Shown: positions 21,801 through 28,100 of the stretch, in pieces
How the letters are laid out: each line of letters starts with the position of its first letter
Numbering within the stretch: the first letter of the stretch is position 1
Source: an uncultured Pirellulales bacterium
Lineage (GTDB): Bacteria; Planctomycetota; Phycisphaerae; Sedimentisphaerales; Anaerobacaceae
Assembly: GCA_964493425.1 (NCBI GenBank)
Contig: CAZBMW010000010.1
Coordinates: 20,827-84,826 of the forward strand
Direction of reading: 5' to 3'
DNA length: 64,000 nucleotides
Program-made: the position numbers and the translations under genes
Notes under the pieces: model-generated
Told to the model about the DNA's origin: nothing
What the model saw: the letters and a program-made list of their open reading frames with translations, nothing else
The model's database searches: none

Positions 21801-22062
21801 GCATATACTCAAGATGCACGAAGGCAGGCCTAATATAGTTGATGCTATCAAAAACAGCGAGATTCAACTGGTCATAAATACACCGGCCAGCAAGCTCAGC
21901 AAATACGACGACTCCTATATCCGCAAGGCAGCGATAAGATATAAGATACCATACATTACAACCACAGCAGCTGCAGCGGCTGCGGTGAAAGGCATAGCAG
22001 CCTATCGTCAGGGAACAAGCTCGGTAAAGTCGCTGCAGTGCTATCACTCTGACATAAAATAA
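18862..22062 (+). CDS. carB: carbamoyl-phosphate synthase large subunit paralogue (copy 2)
   Basis: 1066 aa with the same full-length architecture. A 115-nt gap separates it from copy 1, and it has its own GAGGAAAAA RBS. Confidence 0.95.
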   Translation: MPKREDIKKVMIIGSGPIIIGQACEFDYSGTQACKALRKLGYKIVLVNSNPATIMTDPGMADVTYIEPLNLQTMTKIIEAERPDALLPNLGGQSGLNLSSELANTGVLDKYGVRVIGVQVDAIKRGEDRTEFKNTMNRLGIEMPRSKAANSLEEAEKIAEELGFPVVIRPAYTMGGTGGGLVYNIEEFRVIAERGLSASLVHQILVEESVLGWEELELEVVRDSKGQKITVCFIENVDAMGVHTGDSYCTAPMLTIDEQLQKQLQKYSYDIVDAIEVIGGTNIQFAHEPKTGRVVVIEINPRTSRSSALASKATGFPIALVSSMLAGGMTLDEIPYWREGTLDKYTPSGEYVVVKFARWAFAKFRGVEDRLGTQMRAVGEVMSIGKNYKEAFQKSIRSLETGRHGLGFAKNFNKLPLEELMNLVSTPTSERQFIMYEALRKGASIDSLYERTYIKKWFIEQMAELVALEEKILKYKGKQIPDKLLIQAKKDGFADRYLAGLIGSSEDKIRRQRTELGVVEAWEPVPVSGVENAAYYYSTYNAPDKVGVSKKQKIMVLGGGPNRIGQGIEFDYCCVHAAFALRDEGYETIMVNCNPETVSTDYDTSDKLYFEPLTVEDVLSIYQKEKPEGVIVQFGGQTPLNIAGKLEAAGVKIIGTSVDTIDLAEDRDRFRAMMAKLGIPMAESGMASKLEEALDIAKRIGYPLMVRPSYVLGGRGMEVVHDEDMLTEYVAAAVEVTPERPILIDKFLSNATEAEADALSDGEDVFMPAVMEHIELAGVHSGDSACVIPPATIPQKHIDTICEYTRKIARELNVVGLMNMQYAIANDIVYVLEANPRASRTVPLVSKVCGLSMARVATQLMLGKKLSDLKLSNKKIPHFGVKEAVFPFNMFPEVDPLLGPEMRSTGEVLGLADTFGLAYFKAQDATQVPLPAEGTVLITVTDKDKDSVVRTAKQFAELGFSIKATEGTHRLLKEKEIETEHILKMHEGRPNIVDAIKNSEIQLVINTPASKLSKYDDSYIRKAAIRYKIPYITTTAAAAAAVKGIAAYRQGTSSVKSLQCYHSDIK

Positions 22063-22161
22063 AGTCTGCTCTTTTGCTTTTAAAAAGCCGCATTTGCCTT
22101 CGAAAATATTTTATTGTTTAAACCTTTCTTTATGAATCAAAATTTTATATCATCTTAGCAT

Positions 22162-24606
22162 ATGGTAAAAAGCTTCGAAAACATTTTCATCAGCAACTAT
22201 AGCTATCAGGTGGTTGAGATATCACAAGAAGATGCTGAAGATATCGAGCGATACTTGAACGGACAAAACAACCAAAAAAATGAAAACCAGCAGGAATTCA
22301 AGCTTCCGGAAGCAATCGGCATTCTGCCGATTCGAAACGTGGTTGTTTTTCCGGGAACAGTAACGCCCCTTGCGATAGGGCGTGAAAGAAGTAAACAGCT
22401 CATCAAAGAAACCAAAATCAATGAATCCATAATAGGACTTGTAACACAGCTAAATCCCGAAACAGATAAGCCGGGTTTTAAAGATATATACCGGATAGGC
22501 ACATCAGCAACTATCTTAAAAATCATAAAACTCCCACAGGGCCCAATGCACATAGTCCTACATGCCTTATCCCGTTTTAAGATAACGCAAACAGTCTCCT
22601 CCGAACCATACCTGAAAGCCAGGGTAAAGCCGCTTAAACCTGTCATTAAAATGACGAAAAAAGTCGAAGCCTTAATGGTCAGTGTCCGTCAGGCAGCAAA
22701 CCGCGTCATTGAACTAAGCCCAAACGTCCCTGAAGAGGCATCGGTACTGCTGGAAAACATTGACAATCCTTCTGCATTGGCTGACTTTTTAGCAGCCAAC
22801 CTTAACCTGAAGATACCTGAAAAACAAAAGCTGCTGGAAGAGCTCGACGCTGGCAAACGCCTTGAGCAGATATCAATTGCCCTGGCAAACCAGCTTGAGG
22901 TTCTGGAGATGAGCCATAAGATTCAGGGCAAGGTTAGAGATTCGATTGAAAAAAGCCAGCGGGAATTCTACTTGCAGGAGCAGTTAAAGGCTATCCAAAA
23001 AGAACTCGGTCATGGTGACAGCCAAGCTGAAGAGCTAAAACAAATCAGGGAAAACATCGAGAAAGCAAAGATGCCTGCTGCCGTTGAAACCGAAGCAGTT
23101 CGCGAGCTCGATAGACTCAACAAGATACCGCCTGTATCACCGGAATACAGCGTTATACGAACATACCTCGACTGGGTTTGCGAGCTGCCCTGGTCAAAAG
23201 AGACAAAAGACCAGCTTGATATCAATAAGGCCGAAAGGGTATTAAATAAAGACCATTACGATTTGAAGAAAGTGAAAAAACGGATTCTTGAATTTCTCGC
23301 CGTGCGCAAGCTCAATCCGACGGGCAAAAGCCCAATACTTTGCTTTGTCGGCCCGCCGGGAGTGGGCAAAACCTCGCTGGGCAAATCAATAGCATCGGCA
23401 ATGGGCAGAAAATTCATAAGAATATCACTTGGCGGGATAAGAGATGAAGCTGATATTCGGGGACATCGCAGAACCTACATCGGGGCGCTGCCGGGCAGAA
23501 TTTTGCAGGAATTGCGAAAAGCCGAAAGCAAAAATCCTGTATTTATGCTCGATGAGCTTGACAAAATCGGCTCCGATTTCAGAGGAGACCCCGCAAGCGC
23601 GCTATTGGAAGTGCTCGACCCGGAACAGAATAATACATTCAATGACCATTATCTTGACCAGCCATTCGACTTGTCGAAGGTTATGTTTATCGGGACGGCA
23701 AACTATACCGAGCCGATTCCGCCAGCCCTGCACGACAGGATGGAAATCATAGAGTTGCCCGGCTATACGACAATAGAAAAACTGAAAATCGCAAAAAGAT
23801 ACCTCGTCCCGCGACAGATTCAGGAAAACGGCTTAAGCAGAAAACAGTTTGTTATCAAGGACGACGCTATAAATTCGATAATAGAAAACTACACGCGGGA
23901 AGCCGGTGTACGAAATCTTGAAAAAAGCATCGCTGCTATATGCCGAAACATTGCAACCGAAATCGCAAAAAACAAAAAGAAACGCACAACTATCGGCAGA
24001 GGCGAGCTTGCAAAGATACTCGGGCCGACACGGTACGAATCCGAGCTCGCTTTACGAAGCGGCATACCCGGTGTTGCAACCGCCCTTGCCTTTACGCCGG
24101 TAGGCGGTGAGATTCTGTTCATAGAATCAGCACAGATACCGGGCAAAGGACAGCTGCAACTGACCGGCCACATCGGTGACGTTATGAAGGAAAGCGCGCA
24201 GGCGGCTTTTTCGATTGTAAAGGCAAATGCTAAAAAGATGAAAATCGATGCCGGCAAATTCAAGAAATTCGATTATCACATTCACGTCCCCGCAGGTGCG
24301 GTGCCCAAGGATGGCCCCAGTGCAGGTATTGCAATGTTTACCTCGCTTGTCTCCCTATTACTTCAAAAACCTGCCCGCCCTGACGTCGCTATGACAGGCG
24401 AGATAACTCTGCGCGGATTGGTTCTGCCGATTGGCGGCCTGAAGGAAAAAATCCTTGCAGCGAAACAAGCCGGCATAAAAACCGTCATCCTGCCCGCAAG
24501 GAACAAAAAGGACCTGCCCGAAGTTCCTGCCGAAGCAAAAAAAGGATTAAAATTCGTATTTGTTAAAAACACAAACGAAGCACTAAAAACCGCTCTTAGC
24601 AATTAA
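22162..24606 (+). CDS. lon: ATP-dependent Lon protease
   Basis: LON N-terminal domain, Walker A GPPGVGKTS, Walker B FMLDELDK, catalytic Ser motif PKDGPSAG. Confidence 0.95.
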   Translation: MVKSFENIFISNYSYQVVEISQEDAEDIERYLNGQNNQKNENQQEFKLPEAIGILPIRNVVVFPGTVTPLAIGRERSKQLIKETKINESIIGLVTQLNPETDKPGFKDIYRIGTSATILKIIKLPQGPMHIVLHALSRFKITQTVSSEPYLKARVKPLKPVIKMTKKVEALMVSVRQAANRVIELSPNVPEEASVLLENIDNPSALADFLAANLNLKIPEKQKLLEELDAGKRLEQISIALANQLEVLEMSHKIQGKVRDSIEKSQREFYLQEQLKAIQKELGHGDSQAEELKQIRENIEKAKMPAAVETEAVRELDRLNKIPPVSPEYSVIRTYLDWVCELPWSKETKDQLDINKAERVLNKDHYDLKKVKKRILEFLAVRKLNPTGKSPILCFVGPPGVGKTSLGKSIASAMGRKFIRISLGGIRDEADIRGHRRTYIGALPGRILQELRKAESKNPVFMLDELDKIGSDFRGDPASALLEVLDPEQNNTFNDHYLDQPFDLSKVMFIGTANYTEPIPPALHDRMEIIELPGYTTIEKLKIAKRYLVPRQIQENGLSRKQFVIKDDAINSIIENYTREAGVRNLEKSIAAICRNIATEIAKNKKKRTTIGRGELAKILGPTRYESELALRSGIPGVATALAFTPVGGEILFIESAQIPGKGQLQLTGHIGDVMKESAQAAFSIVKANAKKMKIDAGKFKKFDYHIHVPAGAVPKDGPSAGIAMFTSLVSLLLQKPARPDVAMTGEITLRGLVLPIGGLKEKILAAKQAGIKTVILPARNKKDLPEVPAEAKKGLKFVFVKNTNEALKTALSN

Positions 24607-25444
24607 TGCTATTTACTACCTTAGTCACATCTACCATCTTAGATACGTCGTGGACGCGGAGGATTGAGACGCCTGCAGCAGCGCAGAGAGCAACAGCGGC
24701 AGCGGTTCCGAAAATGCGGTCTTTGGGATTTTCTTTGCCTGTGATTTGGCCTATAAAAGCCTTTCTGCTCGGGCCAGCGAGGACGCGCAAACCGGTTGCA
24801 ACAAACTTATTAATACTTTTCAAAAGTAAAAGATTATGCTCAAGTGTCTTTCCAAAACCGATTCCCGGGTCAATGAAAATCCATTCTTTCGGTATGCCGA
24901 ACTGCTGAGCCTTTGCCGCCCTATCGAGCAAAAAGTGGAGAACCTCCATAACAACATCTTTATATTGCGGATTTTTCTGCATAGTCTGCGGCGTTCCCTG
25001 CATATGCATCAAAACAACCGGTATCTTACTGTCAGCAGCTAACCGCCCTACTCGCTCGTCACTCAACGCGGTAATATCGTTTATCATAGAGGCTCCCGCA
25101 TCGAGAGCAGCCTTGGCAACCTCAAAATTGTAAGTATCTATACTGATGGGGACATTAACTTGTTTTACGAGTGATTTGATTACAGGTATGGCTCGTTTTA
25201 TTTGCTCATTAGCTGACACCGGCGTAGCTGCCGGCCGGGTGGATTCCGCGCCAACGTCTATAATTGCTGCACCATCGGCAGCCATCTTCAGCCCGTGCTC
25301 GACTGCCCTTTCAGTATCCAGAAACTCGCCGCCGTCACTGAAAGAATCCGGCGTGACATTCAGGATACCCATCAACAGACGGCCCTTGGAAAAATCCAGC
25401 CTCTGTCCCGGCCAGGTCAAAATATCTTTTCTTTTCTTAGTCAC
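24596..25444 (-). CDS. folP: dihydropteroate synthase
   Basis: GILNVTPDSFSDGG, DVGAESTRP, INDI, GIGFGK. Confidence 0.93.
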   Translation of the reverse strand: MTKKRKDILTWPGQRLDFSKGRLLMGILNVTPDSFSDGGEFLDTERAVEHGLKMAADGAAIIDVGAESTRPAATPVSANEQIKRAIPVIKSLVKQVNVPISIDTYNFEVAKAALDAGASMINDITALSDERVGRLAADSKIPVVLMHMQGTPQTMQKNPQYKDVVMEVLHFLLDRAAKAQQFGIPKEWIFIDPGIGFGKTLEHNLLLLKSINKFVATGLRVLAGPSRKAFIGQITGKENPKDRIFGTAAAVALCAAAGVSILRVHDVSKMVDVTKVVNSINC

Positions 25445-26588
25445 CTGTTTCTACCTGAAAACCGATACCTTTTATTTTTTCAATCAGCCTCCGGTCGATA
25501 TTTTTGGCTAGTACCTTTGTATCTTGGAACTCTCTTCGCACAGGATATTCTCTTCTCAGTCGGTCAAAATAAGCAGACCTTTTATCAGCCGGTATTTTCA
25601 GTATATCTCGCAAAGCTGAATCATCATTTTTTATATCATATATCTTACTGACAACCTGCCGTAACTTTTCTTGCTCATTATCGTCACCGTCAATTTCTAT
25701 GACCGGCACCGCAGGCTCCGGTAAAAAATCACATATATCTTTAACAGGTTTTAGGCCGAAATAATCACAGGCTGCCTTGTAAATCATAATCAATCCTGCT
25801 ATTTTGCCCTCCAGAGAATAACCTGCTATGTGGGCAGTACCAATGTTAACCATCTCCAGAAGCTCAATATCGATATCCGGCTCATCTTCCCAGACATCAA
25901 GAACGGCAGCCTTTATTGAGCCGCTTTTAATTTTATCCTTTAAGGCCTCGGAATCCACCACGGGGCCTCTTGCTGTGTTGATAAAAATACAGCCGTTCTT
26001 AACCGAATCGAAAAATTTTTTATCAGCCAGATGATATGTTTTATCAATGCCTTCAAAGGTTAGCGGCGTATGAAGCGTAATAATATCACAATCAAATAAA
26101 GTCTCCAGAGGCAAATACTTCTTGTCGGCGGTCTTTCTAAATAAAGGCGGGTCATTTAAGAAAGGTTTAATTCCCAAAGCTTCGCATTTTTTTTCCACCC
26201 TGCTTCCGACATTGCCGACGCCGATTATGCCTATTGATTTACCCTCTAAAATAATGTCAAATTTCTTTGCAACTTCAAGAAGCGATGCTACAACATATTC
26301 AGCAACGCTGTTCGCATTCGAACCGGGAGCAGAAGCAAAACCGATATTCTTTTTGGCTAAAAAATCCGTGTCAATATGCTCAAAACCGATTGTTGCAGTC
26401 GCGACAAACTTAATCCTGCTACCGGTAAGCAACTGTTCACCAACCTTTGTAATACTGCGAACCAAAAGAATATCTGCATCTCTCACAGCCGATGCTGAAA
26501 TCGCCCTGCCGTCGATTGTCTGGACATCGCCAATCGACGAAAAACATTCCTTAACAAAAGCTATATTTTCATCAGCTATAATTTTCAT
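25437..26588 (-). CDS. pdxB: 4-phosphoerythronate dehydrogenase
   Basis: MKIIADENI N-terminus, NAD fold IGIIGVGNVGS, HIAGYS, and the extra C-terminal dimerisation domain typical of PdxB. Overlaps folP by 8 nt. Confidence 0.85.
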   Translation of the reverse strand: MKIIADENIAFVKECFSSIGDVQTIDGRAISASAVRDADILLVRSITKVGEQLLTGSRIKFVATATIGFEHIDTDFLAKKNIGFASAPGSNANSVAEYVVASLLEVAKKFDIILEGKSIGIIGVGNVGSRVEKKCEALGIKPFLNDPPLFRKTADKKYLPLETLFDCDIITLHTPLTFEGIDKTYHLADKKFFDSVKNGCIFINTARGPVVDSEALKDKIKSGSIKAAVLDVWEDEPDIDIELLEMVNIGTAHIAGYSLEGKIAGLIMIYKAACDYFGLKPVKDICDFLPEPAVPVIEIDGDDNEQEKLRQVVSKIYDIKNDDSALRDILKIPADKRSAYFDRLRREYPVRREFQDTKVLAKNIDRRLIEKIKGIGFQVETGD

Positions 26589-26664
26589 ATAAATTCGCCA
26601 TTCAAAAATACTGTAAGTTTCGATATTTTACTTGTTTTACTTCTCATTTGCCACATATTATCCC

Positions 26665-26692
26665 TCGACAATAAGCGCCTCTAAAGTATAAT
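26665..26692 (+). promoter_or_regulatory. putative promoter of the ferritin-like gene
   Basis: TCGACA, 16-nt spacer, TATAAT (26687-26692). A GGAGG RBS precedes the ATG at 26748. Confidence 0.4.
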
Positions 26693-26747
26693 ACTCAAAA
26701 CTGTAAAGGATATTAAAGTCAAAACATTAGTACGGAGGTACATAATT

Positions 26748-27044
26748 ATGCCGGAATTTTCAAACCCATTCAGCTGTCTTGCAAACGACAGAAAGGTTAC
26801 AGAAGCCGAGCTAATCAGGGCAATCCGCTTTATGGTGGCGGCAGAGTACGAAGCTGTACAGTTATATATGCAGCTGGCGGAATCCACCGACAACAAACTG
26901 GCAAAAAAAGTGCTCATCGATATAGCCGACGAGGAACGAGTGCACGCGGGAGAATTTTTAAGGCTACTGCATCAATTGGCGCCCGATGAGAAAAAGTTCT
27001 ACGATGAAGGAACTGAGGAAGTCGAAGAAATGATAAACGAATAA
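26748..27044 (+). CDS. small ferritin-like (rubrerythrin/encapsulated-ferritin-type half-ferritin) protein
   Basis: 98 aa. The two helices carry AAEYEAVQLY and DEERVHAGEF (an ExxH di-iron motif), and the N-terminus is FSNPFS...RAIRF. It resembles the two-helix ferritin-like cargo family as I remember it. Confidence 0.65.
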   Translation: MPEFSNPFSCLANDRKVTEAELIRAIRFMVAAEYEAVQLYMQLAESTDNKLAKKVLIDIADEERVHAGEFLRLLHQLAPDEKKFYDEGTEEVEEMINE

Positions 27045-27086
27045 AAATCGCAGGCATAAAAACTAAACCTCAAAGCCTGCGATTTT
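27044..27086. terminator. bidirectional hairpin between convergent genes
   Basis: AAAATCGCAGGC (27044-27055) pairs with GCCTGCGATTTT (27075-27086) around a 19-nt loop. A and T runs flank both sides. It overlaps the last codons of the radical SAM gene. Confidence 0.45.
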
Positions 27087-28100
27087 AACACCACAGTCGG
27101 GACAGCAGCCGTCCTTGATATTACTGGCCCTGACTGTGTAGCCGAGCCGCTCGATGAGCAGCCTGTCGCAATTATAACAATATGTGCTCTCGGTTTTCGA
27201 GCCGGGGACGTTGCCGAGATAAACATAGTGCAGACCCGCAGCCTTGCCGATTTCATACGCCCTTTCAAGGGTTTCGAGCGGCGTCGGAATCGAATCGGTA
27301 TATTTATATTGAGGGTGGAACCTGCTTATATGCCAGGGAACATCCGCACCGGCTTTTGTCACAATAAATTCAGCCAATCGTTTTAACTCATCTTCCGAAT
27401 CATTCTCATTCGGAACAATCAATGTGGTAACTTCAAGCCAGATATCGGTCTTTTTCGCAATATATTCAATCGTATCAAGTACCGGCTGCAAATGCGCTTT
27501 GCATAGCCTGCTATAGTAATCCTCATTGAAAGCCTTCAAATCGATATTTATCCCGTCGAGCCAGTCTTTCGCAAAGTCGACCGCTTCGACTGTCTCGTAG
27601 CCGTTGCTGACAAAAACATTAGTAAGCCCCTTCTGCTTTGCAAGCTTTCCACAATCGGCACAAAGTTCCATAAAAATTGTCGGCTCTGTGTAGGTATAAG
27701 CGATCGATTTACAGCCGTAATTGACTGCAGCTTTTACTATTTTGTCCGGGCTTATCGCCTGGCCGTCAATCTCGCCCTGTTCGATGGCAGCCTGGCTTAT
27801 CTGCCAGTTCTGACAAAAATCGCACTGGAAATTACAACCTTCCGTAGCGACTGAAAAACTGCTTGTCCCCGGCTGAAAATGGAACAAAGGCTTTTTCTCT
27901 ATAGGGTCCGGATTGGCAGAACAAAGCTTGTCATAGGTAAGCGTATACAAAATTCCGTCAACATTTTTTCTAACCCGGCATCGCCCTGCTTTTCCTTCAG
28001 CGATAAGACAACGATGATTGCACAAATAGCACTGAACCTTTTTACCCTCCGCTGCTTCCCACAACACGGCTTGTTTAAGATGGTCTGCCTTTTTTTCCAT
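27063..28100 (-). CDS. amrS: AmmeMemoRadiSam-system-type radical SAM enzyme
   Basis: N-terminal Cys motif KVQCYLCNHRCLIAEGKAGRCRVR, DPIEKKPLFHFQPG, radical SAM cluster GCNFQCDFCQNWQIS, and a C-terminal CYNC...CCPDC. Confidence 0.8.
   Translation of the reverse strand: MEKKADHLKQAVLWEAAEGKKVQCYLCNHRCLIAEGKAGRCRVRKNVDGILYTLTYDKLCSANPDPIEKKPLFHFQPGTSSFSVATEGCNFQCDFCQNWQISQAAIEQGEIDGQAISPDKIVKAAVNYGCKSIAYTYTEPTIFMELCADCGKLAKQKGLTNVFVSNGYETVEAVDFAKDWLDGINIDLKAFNEDYYSRLCKAHLQPVLDTIEYIAKKTDIWLEVTTLIVPNENDSEDELKRLAEFIVTKAGADVPWHISRFHPQYKYTDSIPTPLETLERAYEIGKAAGLHYVYLGNVPGSKTESTYCYNCDRLLIERLGYTVRASNIKDGCCPDCGVKIAGFEV

Noticed and set aside
15534-22062. The tandem carB genes as an assembly or collapse artefact, or as a very recent duplication.
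   Set aside because: The copies differ at many synonymous and non-synonymous positions throughout, and each has its own start context. They are therefore reported as genuine paralogues.
24596-24606. An 11-nt overlap of the convergent 3' ends of lon and folP, and similar 8-nt overlaps for carA/carB and pdxB/folP.
   Set aside because: Short overlaps are common in compact bacterial genomes, and nothing further is supported by the sequence.
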